Assembly (NCBI GenBank): GCA_033763455.1
Contig: JANRKO010000064.1
Span: forward strand, 11,585 to 75,584
Reading direction: 5' to 3'
Origin: Polyangiaceae bacterium
GTDB lineage: Bacteria; Myxococcota_A; Polyangia; Polyangiales; Polyangiaceae
Length of the DNA stretch: 64,000 nt
Both the position numbers and the translations under genes were made by a program. Below are positions 10,074-19,301 of this stretch, one piece after another. Position 1 is the stretch's first letter. Each line of letters starts with the position of its first letter. A model generated the notes under the pieces. The model had not been told where the DNA came from. It worked only from the letters and a program-made list of their open reading frames with translations, and searched no databases.

Positions 10074-10774
10074 GGCACGGCCTCTTCAGGCGAAGCAACA
10101 AAGCGGTATCCAACGCCACGCACGGTCTCAACGTAGATCCGAGCGGCTTCTAGCTTCTCGCGCAGCCGCTTGACGTGGGTATCCACCGTGCGAGTGGTGA
10201 TGTCAGCCTGGATGCCCCACACGTCGTCGAGCAGTGTGGTCCGTGTTTGGACGCGGTTTTTCCGGTCAAATAACGTCAGCAGGAGCTTAAATTCTAACGC
10301 TGTAAGCTCCACCTCAAGGGATTCCACCCACACCCGGTGCGCTTCTCGATCGATCTTCAAGCAACCGAACTGCACCTCGTCTTTATCTCGCTCAGCTTGT
10401 GGCCCGGTTGATCGGCGCAATACCGCGCTCACGCGGAGCAGAAGCTCACGCACACTGAACGGTTTTACGACGTAATCATCGGCACCTAGTTCAAAGCCCA
10501 CCACACGATCAATCTCCTCGCCGCGCGCCGTAAGCATCATGATCGGGATCCCGCGAGTTCGCTGGTTCTCCTTCAAGATCTTGCACACCTCAGTACCGGA
10601 GATATCCGGCAGCATCAAATCTAGAAGCACAAGATTAGGCTCGGCTTTCTGAACTAGGCTGAGCGCTTCATTGCCCGTTCCAGCTGTTCGCACCTCGTAG
10701 CCAGATTGGCTCAAGTTGTATTCGAGAACCTCGCGCAGGTCCGGCTCGTCTTCGACTACAAGAATGCTCACCAT
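10070..10774 (-). CDS. phoB: OmpR/PhoB family response regulator (PhoB-like 2)
   Basis: REC plus winged helix; close paralog of the gene at 2764; coupled to phoR. Confidence 0.88.
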   Translation of the reverse strand: MVSILVVEDEPDLREVLEYNLSQSGYEVRTAGTGNEALSLVQKAEPNLVLLDLMLPDISGTEVCKILKENQRTRGIPIMMLTARGEEIDRVVGFELGADDYVVKPFSVRELLLRVSAVLRRSTGPQAERDKDEVQFGCLKIDREAHRVWVESLEVELTALEFKLLLTLFDRKNRVQTRTTLLDDVWGIQADITTRTVDTHVKRLREKLEAARIYVETVRGVGYRFVASPEEAVP

Positions 10775-10798
10775 TTCTTTGATCAGGTAGCCTTAACC

Positions 10799-10816
10799 TG
10801 TGACAGCGAAGTGACA
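10799..10816 (-). promoter_or_regulatory. Pho-box-like direct repeat upstream of RR2-phoR
   Basis: GTGACA at 10800 and 10811 (TGTCAC on minus strand), 11-bp period, ~25 nt upstream of ATG. Confidence 0.75.
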
Positions 10817-11012
10817 ACCGGTCCTTTCAAACGTCCTTTTTTTAAGCCAAATCACATTTGCCGCGCCCACGCGCCTGACGCTCAACTCCTTGCCCACTGC
10901 CGGCCCACCAAAAACCCAAACCAATTCAGATAGTTACCGTCGAACCGCAGCCCTGTTACCCTTGACACGGCCATCGTTTCAGCGACTTATTCCAGCCAAA
11001 GGACGTCCCCCT

Positions 11013-11855
11013 ATGAAACGCCAACTCCTCGCTATCCTCGTATCACTTTGGGCCCTCAGCGGCTGCGGCTATTCAGAAGATGAATGGCAAGCACAGCTCG
11101 CCAAATACGGTCAGTTAAACGGACAATACCAAGCGGAACAGAAATCCCACAGAGAAGCCCAAGCCGAGCTCGATAAGGCGAAGGAACGTGTAGCCCAACT
11201 GCAGCAGCAGCTTGAAAAAATGGGCGTGAATCTAGATACGCTCAACACCCAGCTTCAGCAAGCCGGCAGCGAGAAGCAAGAGCTTGCTTCGAGCTTGGAT
11301 CAACTAAAGCAAGCGCTGGAGGAATACAAAAAGCGAGCGGCTCAGCTTGAGCAAGTGAAGGCGCGCTTCGAGGCACTGCGGAGCAAGCTGCAGAAGCTGG
11401 TCAATTTGGGGCTGAAGGTTGAAATCCGGAAGAACCGCATGGTCATTCGCCTCCCGGGCGACGTGCTATTTGCTTCGGGTCAAGACAAGCTCCGCGACGA
11501 CGGCATCAAGGTTCTGGATGCCGTCGCCGACGTGATTCGCAACGATCAGCAATTGAGCAAGCGCTACTTCCAGGTTGCCGGCCACACGGACAACAAGGCA
11601 CTCAAGGGCGGACACTTCAAGGACAATTGGGGCCTATCCGTGATGCGCGCACGCGAAGTGCTCGTACACTTGGTGAGCACCGTGGAAGAGAAGGGTGGCG
11701 GCCTGAGCCCCGAGCGGCTCCACGCTGCTGGCTTTGGCGAAACTGATCCGGTTGCACCGAACACCACCGATGATGGTCGAAAACAGAACCGCCGGGTGGA
11801 GCTTGTGCTCATGCCTGACGTCGAAGAAATGCTGGATCTGAAGTCCCTGATCTAG
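11013..11855 (+). CDS. OmpA/MotB family lipoprotein with long coiled coil
   Basis: Lipobox LSGC, coiled coil, peptidoglycan-binding domain (GHTD, NWGLSVMRA, NRRVEL). Confidence 0.85.
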   Translation: MKRQLLAILVSLWALSGCGYSEDEWQAQLAKYGQLNGQYQAEQKSHREAQAELDKAKERVAQLQQQLEKMGVNLDTLNTQLQQAGSEKQELASSLDQLKQALEEYKKRAAQLEQVKARFEALRSKLQKLVNLGLKVEIRKNRMVIRLPGDVLFASGQDKLRDDGIKVLDAVADVIRNDQQLSKRYFQVAGHTDNKALKGGHFKDNWGLSVMRAREVLVHLVSTVEEKGGGLSPERLHAAGFGETDPVAPNTTDDGRKQNRRVELVLMPDVEEMLDLKSLI

Positions 11856-12541
11856 GGCCGCGCCGCGGCAGCACCGGCAGCACCGAGCACCTCTGATGGA
11901 TTGGTGCTGCCGTCATCTGGCCTGCGTTGGCTAATCTTCCACCCAGCGCCCTCTCGAACTACTTTAACGAGAGTGCGAGCGGGTTCCGCGCCCCGCGTGT
12001 ACACACGCACGAGGGCCTCTTGCCCAGCTGCTTCAAGTAGATCCGCGGTTGTTACTACGCTCGCCTTCAAGGCCTGTGCTTCTGCCGCACACGCGGCCCC
12101 CCGGGCCAAACACGCTTTTTCTTCCGCCTCGATCTGCCGAAGCACGGCCCCCGTGGCAACCTGAGCGGCTCCGCGGAAATCATGCGTAGCCCAGCGTTGC
12201 ACCGCTTCGATGGCAGCATTCTTCGGATCAGCTGTGAGCTCTGCGAGCGTCACCGCGCGCGCACGGCGACTCTCGTGGGGCGGATGATAGTTGCAGGCGG
12301 CGCGAGCAGCACCCCACATGATCAAGGTTGCCACGCAGACCGTTCCGAGCATCAAGAGCGTTTGGGGTTCGGGCCTATTGAGCTCCGCTTCCGTCCGAGG
12401 CAGCTCAGCACGGCGCTTCTTTGCCTTACCTGCCGTCACTGGCCGTGAAGGCTTCTCGGGCTGCGCTGGCGCGCTGGGGCTGCTGGCCGAGGCGTCGGGG
12501 GTTGAACTCTTGCTCTCTTCTTCGGCAGAGGGGTCAGCCAT
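11852..12541 (-). CDS. Hypothetical single-pass membrane protein
   Basis: 229-aa ORF with one TM segment and no recognised motif. Confidence 0.6.
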   Translation of the reverse strand: MADPSAEEESKSSTPDASASSPSAPAQPEKPSRPVTAGKAKKRRAELPRTEAELNRPEPQTLLMLGTVCVATLIMWGAARAACNYHPPHESRRARAVTLAELTADPKNAAIEAVQRWATHDFRGAAQVATGAVLRQIEAEEKACLARGAACAAEAQALKASVVTTADLLEAAGQEALVRVYTRGAEPARTLVKVVREGAGWKISQRRPDDGSTNPSEVLGAAGAAAARP

Positions 12542-12716
12542 GGGCGCGGAACATTGCCAGACCCGGGCCAGCTTTCAAGCCCAGCACCGGATTTCTTCGC
12601 TACGCCACACGGGCGGCCTCGTTCAGCTCGTAAAACCGGCCAAGTCGTCGCCAACACACCCTCAACCCTAAGAGACATTGGGTGGGCATGGAACCTGACG
12701 CTACACTGCCTGCGAA

Positions 12717-13421
12717 GTGATAGGGAACCACCAGCCGAGCTCCGCACCCTTTGAGGGCCTGCTCGCGCCTTCGCCAAGAAGCACCCACTGGCTAACGCCT
12801 GGGCGTCCGTATGCTCGGCTGCTCGCACAAGCCTGGACCGTGAAATTCGCGCGCGTCGTTGTCTACCTAATGGGCATATCCGCGCTGATTACACTCTTGG
12901 TGGTCCACCAATTGGATCCACTCCTCACCTCAGCCATCTTCGTGCAAAGCCTGGTGTGGCTCAGCTGGGGGCAAATTCTGCTTGCCTTCTCGTGTTCGGG
13001 GGCGCCCGCGCGCCTCGCTGATATCGACGGCATTCGGACGCTGTGGCACCTCCGCGGTTTGCCCGCCAACGCCAGCCCCTCTGCAGTCTTCGTGGGTTAT
13101 TTCCAATTGCTGCTTTGGCCCTTGTTGGCGCTCGGCGGAGGCCTCGCTTTAGCTCACGCTGCGCTTTCAGATAGCCTTCACCAGTTCTCGCTTAGAGTCA
13201 TTCAGGTGCCGTTCACCCTGGCTTACTTCACGCTACTCGGAGCGGTACTCGCACGTCTCTGCCAGTTGGCTCAGGTACGGGGCGGGAGGCACGGGCGCTT
13301 GCTATTTCTGGGAGGCATTCTGCTGCCATATTTAGCTTCGCTTTTTTGGCCACATTTCCCCAGCGTTCCCAGCGTCTTCGGTTGGCTGCTCGATACTGAG
13401 CTATTGCGAGCGGGCGCCTAA
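12717..13421 (+). CDS. Hypothetical multi-pass membrane protein (ABC-2 permease-like); start uncertain
   Basis: About 5-6 hydrophobic segments; first gene of a tightly spaced three-gene run. Confidence 0.55.
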   Translation: MIGNHQPSSAPFEGLLAPSPRSTHWLTPGRPYARLLAQAWTVKFARVVVYLMGISALITLLVVHQLDPLLTSAIFVQSLVWLSWGQILLAFSCSGAPARLADIDGIRTLWHLRGLPANASPSAVFVGYFQLLLWPLLALGGGLALAHAALSDSLHQFSLRVIQVPFTLAYFTLLGAVLARLCQLAQVRGGRHGRLLFLGGILLPYLASLFWPHFPSVPSVFGWLLDTELLRAGA

Positions 13422-13424
13422 AGC

Positions 13425-14324
13425 GTGGCATCCTTCGAACTTTCCGGAGTCACCGCGCGCGGCATTTCGGGCGTAAGTCTAAAGGGGCAGGCCGGGTGCT
13501 TCTCGGTGGTTTACGCCTCGGAACGGAGCGGCGAAATGCTGATTCGCTTATTGGCAGGGCTCACTTGCCCCACTCGGGGCTCCCTGCGCATTCTGGGCAA
13601 GGCCCCGCATCAATCACCCGCCCTTCGGCGACACCTTGGCACGCTCGTGGCACACGAGGAAACACTACCGGGCGCGACGCTGAGCTTAGCTTTAAAGCAA
13701 ATACTTGCGGCGCAGGGCAACGAACACACACGCGTTGCAAGTATCCTTTCGGCAGCCCACCTCAGTGAATCGAGAGAGCTTGCTCCCGAAAGCCTGAGCC
13801 AGGAAGAGCGGCGGAGGCTCGCCCTGCAGATAGCGCTCAACACTCCCGCGCCCAAGCTGCTGGCTCTCTTCGAGCCATTAATGTTTTACGATGCCGCATT
13901 TCGCGGGCAAGTCTTGGCCAACATTCATGCACTTGCACGCGATGTGCCGGTCGTGTGCGTTACCTCAAGCCTTACGGATGCGAACACTATCGGGGGCGCG
14001 GTGTTCTATCTGGACGCGCAAGGGGTGCTGAGCGGTGGCCTCTCAGCGGACGAATCACGGCGTTTTCAAGTCAATCCCTCGGTGCTGCTCGAATGTGGAC
14101 GCCCGGAAGTCTTGGCCAAGGCTCTTTCCGGCAGGCCGGGCGTGAATGAGGTTCGTTGGTTGGAGCAGCAAGGGGAAGGCTTGGTGGAGGTTTTTGGGGA
14201 GGATACGTTGGCACTCGCTAGTGCTGTAGCTGGGGCCGCGGCTGATGCGGCCCATGACATAAAGAGCCTCCGCTTTACGTCCGGTACTTCACGCCTTCGG
14301 TCAAGCGAGGTTCACCGGCCATGA
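13425..14324 (+). CDS. Degenerate ABC-type ATPase-like protein
   Basis: ABC layout (LLAGLTCPTRGSLRILG, LSQEERRRLALQIAL, PKLLALFEP) but Walker A, signature and Walker B are substituted. Confidence 0.65.
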   Translation: MASFELSGVTARGISGVSLKGQAGCFSVVYASERSGEMLIRLLAGLTCPTRGSLRILGKAPHQSPALRRHLGTLVAHEETLPGATLSLALKQILAAQGNEHTRVASILSAAHLSESRELAPESLSQEERRRLALQIALNTPAPKLLALFEPLMFYDAAFRGQVLANIHALARDVPVVCVTSSLTDANTIGGAVFYLDAQGVLSGGLSADESRRFQVNPSVLLECGRPEVLAKALSGRPGVNEVRWLEQQGEGLVEVFGEDTLALASAVAGAAADAAHDIKSLRFTSGTSRLRSSEVHRP

Positions 14325-15007
14325 ATTCCTACCTATTGGGGGCCCGGCTAGCGCAAGCTCCACTCCGCTCCTACCGCGTCGGAGCGTACGTGGGAGTGAT
14401 GCTCACGCTCCTTTCAACGGTGAGTATGCTCGAGCGCGGCAGGAGCCCAGCTGCAAGCTTCGATCATGTCTTGTTCCGTTTCGTGCTCACTTGGGCTTTG
14501 CCGCTCACAAGCTTCTTTGCCGTTTCTGACGTCTGTTACAAGAGCCGCTTGGGGCAAGGGTTCAACCCAATCGGCCGCTACGGCCACTCTAAACGTGAAC
14601 TTACGCTTGGCTCCCTCTGCACGGCGGGGGCATTTTCGGTGGCGGTAAACCTGCTCTTTGTATGGGTCGCTCTTGGCCTAACCCAGCAGAGCTTCAACCG
14701 CACAGTGCTGGTGGACGGACTCACAACAAGCTGGGTGGTGAGCCTCGGCGCGCTCACCTACGTGGTCTGGTTTGCCTTTTGGTCTACTTTGGGGGAACAC
14801 GGCGGCGGTAGGATCTTTGGGCTCCTACTCGATTGGGGTTTAGGCCTCGGGGGAAGCTTGGCCAGTTGGTTCTCACCGCAAGCACATCTTAGAAATCTAC
14901 TGGGAGGTCCAGCGCCAGGCGGATTGCTGCAGTCTTATTCAACTATTTCGCTCGCGGGTATCTTGGTGTTGTGCCTAGCACTCGCGCTCCGCCGTACCGA
15001 TCCTTAG
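14321..15007 (+). CDS. ABC-2 type permease-like membrane protein
   Basis: About 6 TM segments; ATGA overlap with the ATPase-like gene. Confidence 0.6.
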   Translation: MNSYLLGARLAQAPLRSYRVGAYVGVMLTLLSTVSMLERGRSPAASFDHVLFRFVLTWALPLTSFFAVSDVCYKSRLGQGFNPIGRYGHSKRELTLGSLCTAGAFSVAVNLLFVWVALGLTQQSFNRTVLVDGLTTSWVVSLGALTYVVWFAFWSTLGEHGGGRIFGLLLDWGLGLGGSLASWFSPQAHLRNLLGGPAPGGLLQSYSTISLAGILVLCLALALRRTDP

Positions 15008-15114
15008 CTTCGAGCTGGAAATGTGACCCGGGGCGGCCTAACCTGCGATCCCACGCCGCAAAAGCCTACCACAACGGTCCTCCCTTCCGAAGTACACCCC
15101 CCCACCCTCGTACC

Positions 15115-16284
15115 ATGCGACATTTCCGTCTCCTTTCCGCGCTTCTGCTCTGCTCCTGTAGCAACTCGGCCACCGGCGCAAGCCCCGCATCCGGCGGCGC
15201 ACCGAGCAACTCTGGCGGTGCACCTGGAGCGGCAAGCGGCGGGAGAATTTCCAACACCGGGGGCTCGGCATCCGGCGGAGCTTCCACGCTCGGCGGTGGT
15301 GGCTCGCTGCCGAGCAGCGGGGGTTCAAGCTCTGCAGCGGGTGGCTCTGCAGCGGGTGGCTCTGCAACGGGCGGGTCTGCAACGGGCGGGTCTGCAACGG
15401 GTGGGTCGGCTGCGGGCGGCTCTGGCACGATCTGCCCAAACGGTCCATTTCCCCAAAGTCCGTTGCCTAGCGCTCAGCCAACAGCCCAGCCCGTGTGTCA
15501 AAACCTAACCTTCACCGAGGGGCCAGTATGGCTTTCGGCTGAGCAAGCTTTGTTCTTTTCGGACTTCCAAGCCGGGAATTCGGCCGAGAATTTTACGGGG
15601 AACATTCTCAGATTTGCGCCCGGTGGCGTTTGTGAGGCGCATGTGATGGCGGTGGGCACCAACGGGCTCGCCACTACAGCTGGGGGGGAGATTCTGGGCG
15701 CTTCGCATCTGATTCAAGACATCGTGAGCATCAACCCTACCTCCACACAGAGCACTTCACTCAATCTCACGTATCAAGGCAAACACTTTAGCTCGCCGAA
15801 TGATCTCGCCGTTCACACAAACGGGACGATCTACTTTAGCGATCCTGCGTGGCAGGTGGGGAACCGCAACCAAGACTTGCCACAAGCTGCGTACCGCCGT
15901 GACCCCGCGGGAAACATCACCGTCATCGAGGAACTCAGCCGACCCAATGGCGTCACCCTCTCGCCCGATCAATCCCGGCTTTACGTATCCATCCCCAACG
16001 CCATCCGCGTCTACGACCTGGATGCCGCCGGTGTTCCCTCAAATGCCCGCGATTTTACGAGCGAAACGGGTTCCGATGGCATGACGGTAGACTGTGCCGG
16101 CAACCTCTACGTAACCGCAGGCAACGTGGCCGTCTACAGGCCAAACGGCGAGTTTTTAGGAAGCATTAACTCAAATAATTCCACCAATGTGGCCTTCGGT
16201 GGCGCTGATCGAAAAACCCTGTTTATCACTGGGGGTACACGCCTCACTTCGATCGATCTCAACATCCCCGGGTTTCCCTACTAA
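15115..16284 (+). CDS. SMP-30/gluconolactonase family lipoprotein with Gly/Ser-rich linker
   Basis: Signal peptide with Cys; FTEGPVW, SPNDL, PNGVTLSPD, SDGMTVD, TNVAFGG. Confidence 0.88.
   Translation: MRHFRLLSALLLCSCSNSATGASPASGGAPSNSGGAPGAASGGRISNTGGSASGGASTLGGGGSLPSSGGSSSAAGGSAAGGSATGGSATGGSATGGSAAGGSGTICPNGPFPQSPLPSAQPTAQPVCQNLTFTEGPVWLSAEQALFFSDFQAGNSAENFTGNILRFAPGGVCEAHVMAVGTNGLATTAGGEILGASHLIQDIVSINPTSTQSTSLNLTYQGKHFSSPNDLAVHTNGTIYFSDPAWQVGNRNQDLPQAAYRRDPAGNITVIEELSRPNGVTLSPDQSRLYVSIPNAIRVYDLDAAGVPSNARDFTSETGSDGMTVDCAGNLYVTAGNVAVYRPNGEFLGSINSNNSTNVAFGGADRKTLFITGGTRLTSIDLNIPGFPY
15331..15420 (+). repeat. 15-bp coding tandem repeat (SA[A/T]GG, about 6 copies)
   Basis: TCTGCA(G/A)CGGG(T/C)GG(C/G) units. 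Confidence 0.85.
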
Positions 16285-16285
16285 G

Positions 16286-17395
16286 GTGAGCGCGTTCGCA
16301 GTAGCCAAACCGAACGCTGTCAGCCTGCAGCATTGGCTTTTCGAGTTCTTGCTCACGGGTGGCTCAACGCCGCTTTTGGCTGGTCTACTTTTCTGCCTTC
16401 GGGAAACGCTCGGATTGGATAGCGCGGAGCTTGCCGTTGGGTTTCTGATGTTTCACGCCGCCCATGTGATCAACGATCCGCACTTCTCGGTGACCTACCT
16501 GCTGTTCTACCGGAACGTACGGGATAGATTGGGCAACAAAGCACCAAAGTGGCAACGCTTTCGCTATGTTTTTGCGGGCTATGTGGTGCCAACCGTGCTG
16601 TGCGCTTGGGCAGCAAGCGCGCTCCTCACAGGCTCCGCGAAGTCCCTTGGCTGGATGATCCAGGGAATGTTCTTCCTCGTTGGGTGGCACTACGTGAAGC
16701 AGGGCTTTGGGGTTCTCTCTGTACTCTCCCTTCGCCGAGGGGTTCACTTCACCCTCTTCGAACGGCGAGCTGTGCTTAGCCACTGCATCTTGGGTTGGCT
16801 CTATGCGCGCGCACGCAACTTCGATCCGGGCAGAGAATCGGAGGAGAAGGGCGTTGTCTACACGTCCTTCGCGCACCCCACATGGCTTTACGGGTTAACT
16901 CTAGCTGGTTTCGCGCTGAGCACTTGTTGGCTGCTCTTGGTGTTGGGGCGAAAGTGGAAACGCGAGCAACGTTTGCCTTGGGCACCGCTCACGGGGTTCT
17001 TGATCACCGTTTGGGTTTGGGTTGTATTTTCCAACGTTGACCCGTTGCTCATTTACGTGATCCCGGCGCTGCATTCGCTCCAATACCTCTACTTTGTGTA
17101 CCTATTGCGCTCGAATCAGGCGCGGGAGGAGCACGGAGCCCCGCTTTTTCGGAGCTCTCCCAAAGAGCGCTTGTTCCGGCTAGCGCTGCTCGCGCTGGGC
17201 CTCGGCTGGCTGCTGTTTCATGGGTTGCCGGGCCTGTTGGATGCTGCACTCGTAACCAAAAACGACGCCCAGCTGCCCCTCGGCGCTACGCCCTATTTCG
17301 CGGCGCTCTTCACCATCGTAAATCTGCACCACTACTTCATGGACAGCGTGATCTGGCGCCGGGACAACCCAGAGACGCGTTACCTTACCCTCTAG
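16286..17395 (+). CDS. Uncharacterised multi-pass membrane protein with His motifs
   Basis: NDPHF, GWHYVKQGFG, LHSLQY, NLHHYFMD; GTG start 1 nt after the lactonase stop. Confidence 0.7.
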   Translation: MSAFAVAKPNAVSLQHWLFEFLLTGGSTPLLAGLLFCLRETLGLDSAELAVGFLMFHAAHVINDPHFSVTYLLFYRNVRDRLGNKAPKWQRFRYVFAGYVVPTVLCAWAASALLTGSAKSLGWMIQGMFFLVGWHYVKQGFGVLSVLSLRRGVHFTLFERRAVLSHCILGWLYARARNFDPGRESEEKGVVYTSFAHPTWLYGLTLAGFALSTCWLLLVLGRKWKREQRLPWAPLTGFLITVWVWVVFSNVDPLLIYVIPALHSLQYLYFVYLLRSNQAREEHGAPLFRSSPKERLFRLALLALGLGWLLFHGLPGLLDAALVTKNDAQLPLGATPYFAALFTIVNLHHYFMDSVIWRRDNPETRYLTL

Positions 17396-17482
17396 AGGCG
17401 TCGGCGGGACAACCCGTTCCCTCACCCTCTAAAGGCGTCGGCAGGACAACCCGTTCCCTCACCCTCTAAAGGCGTCGGCGGG
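17387..17482. repeat. 37-bp tandem repeat (about 2.6 copies) between convergent stop codons
   Basis: ACCCTCTA(G/A)AGGCGTCGGC(G/A)GGACAACCCGTTCCCTC at 17387 and 17424, partial copy at 17461. Confidence 0.9.
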
Positions 17483-19075
17483 TCGCAAGCGAGCGGCATA
17501 TACCGCAGGCCAGAGCGTTGCCATCACACACACTAAAATCGCAAAAACGCTCACCATTGCAAAATCCCAAGGTTCAATTTGCACGGGGAGCTTGGAGATA
17601 AAGTAAACCTTAGGGTCGAGCGGGAAGCCGTAGATCAGTAGGCCGCGACACACAAAGAACCCCGCGCTGATACCGATAGCCGTGCCAATCACGCCGATAA
17701 TGGCGCCCTGATACAAAAAGCCCCGAAGCAGCATGCTGTTGGAAGCGCCCATGGCCTTCAGCACGGCTATTTCCTTCTTCTTATCCAGCACCACCATGAT
17801 GAGCGTGGCAATCACAGTGAAAGCCGCCACTACGATAATGAGCGCTAGCACCAAGCTCATCAGAATTTGCTGGATCCGGAGCGCGGTGAAAAGGCCGTGG
17901 TTGAGCTCTTCCCAATCCATGGTGTGGTAGATGCCGTTGGCAAGCTTGGCATCTATCAGCTGCGCCACATCTTTGGCGTGGTCGATATCGCTCACCTTCA
18001 TCTCAATCCCGGTGACACTGTCGCCAGTGTCGTAGAAGTTCTGCGCTTCAAACAGGTCCGTGTAGACCAGCTTCGAATCGTACTGATCGAAACCCGCATT
18101 AAATACGGCCACCACTCTGAATTGACGGGCCACCGGTGCCCGCATCGCCCCGCGCGAATAGCTGAACCCAATCGTCGGCGAAGTCACTTGAACGCAGCCG
18201 CCAACGTTGACTCCCAAATTCCTCCGAAGGGCACTTCCAATCACAATGCCCGGCATACTGGCGACCTTCTTAGGGTCCGAACACGGGTCGGTAACGAGCT
18301 CAGGCGGCAACAGATCTTCATCCGGCAGGACGCTCTCGTAGCCACCTTCGGGGACTGCACTTTCTGATCCATCGGCAGTATCTGGCAGGGAGAGTTCTTC
18401 GGTGTCTTCCGTTTTGGGCTCTTTCGCTGCCCGCTTCCCGCTCCCCGTGGAAGCAGCGGCTTCGGCAACGCCACCCCCCGCGCCGTTTTTCCCCTCATCA
18501 TCTATGACGCTCTTCAGCTGATCTAAGAACGGTTGCTTCGGCTGGAGCTCATCTTTATCGCTCGTTTTTGTTGGGCTACTCAACACTTTGGAACGCCGAC
18601 GTTCGGGCGGCTTGGCCCCCTCGACGCGCAACCCTTCCACCGATCCGTTGCAACCTGTAGCCGTAGGATGGAGGCATTCAACGATGTGTCGCGGCAGGTC
18701 GAGCACCTGCCCCATCAAGTTGGGATCCACACCCTTTACCAGAACGCCGGTAACCGTGCGTTGCTTGTGCGTGACCATCATCGGATTGATCACAAAGGGC
18801 GCAACGCCGGTAATCCCGGGGATCGTGCGCACCGATTTCATGACTTTTCGGTACTCACGAAAATCGCTCGAGTACTTCAGTATGAGTACGTGAGCGTTCA
18901 CACCCAGCACCTTCTGCCTAAATTCGGTGCGGAAGCCTCCGGTCACGCTCATCACGGTCGCTAAGGCAGCCACCCCTAGCGCCACCCCCAAAATGGCAAA
19001 CATGGTGCCCACAGAAACGAACGCGCGCCGCCTGGAGCGCATGTAACGGAGTGCTAGTTCGAGCGAGAAACCCAT
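17459..19075 (-). CDS. lolE: LolC/E family lipoprotein-releasing ABC permease with large periplasmic insertion
   Basis: ALRYMRS, GVAALATVMSVTGGF, KKKEIAVLKAMGA, YFISKLP, PAVYAARLRP. Confidence 0.85.
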   Translation of the reverse strand: MGFSLELALRYMRSRRRAFVSVGTMFAILGVALGVAALATVMSVTGGFRTEFRQKVLGVNAHVLILKYSSDFREYRKVMKSVRTIPGITGVAPFVINPMMVTHKQRTVTGVLVKGVDPNLMGQVLDLPRHIVECLHPTATGCNGSVEGLRVEGAKPPERRRSKVLSSPTKTSDKDELQPKQPFLDQLKSVIDDEGKNGAGGGVAEAAASTGSGKRAAKEPKTEDTEELSLPDTADGSESAVPEGGYESVLPDEDLLPPELVTDPCSDPKKVASMPGIVIGSALRRNLGVNVGGCVQVTSPTIGFSYSRGAMRAPVARQFRVVAVFNAGFDQYDSKLVYTDLFEAQNFYDTGDSVTGIEMKVSDIDHAKDVAQLIDAKLANGIYHTMDWEELNHGLFTALRIQQILMSLVLALIIVVAAFTVIATLIMVVLDKKKEIAVLKAMGASNSMLLRGFLYQGAIIGVIGTAIGISAGFFVCRGLLIYGFPLDPKVYFISKLPVQIEPWDFAMVSVFAILVCVMATLWPAVYAARLRPADAFRG

Positions 19076-19301
19076 GAGATCTTGGTTGTGAGTGGCGCAT
19101 GCGCCCCGGCCGAGAGGGGCCCCCTATGCCGATCTGAGCCAAAGCTGAGGCCGGCTATGCAACGTTTGCATAGCGCCTGTCCACGGGCTTGGCACAGTCG
19201 CCCTTAAATCCCTGTAGAATTCGTCGCTAGGGTGCTGAGGCCCACGGGCGCGCGTTTTGCAGCGAACGGAACCCCGACTAGATCGATCCCGGAAAAGTTT
19301 C

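Noticed and set aside
17387..17482. 37-bp repeats as a CRISPR array
   Set aside because: Units are head-to-tail with no spacers, derive from gene ends, and no cas genes are present.
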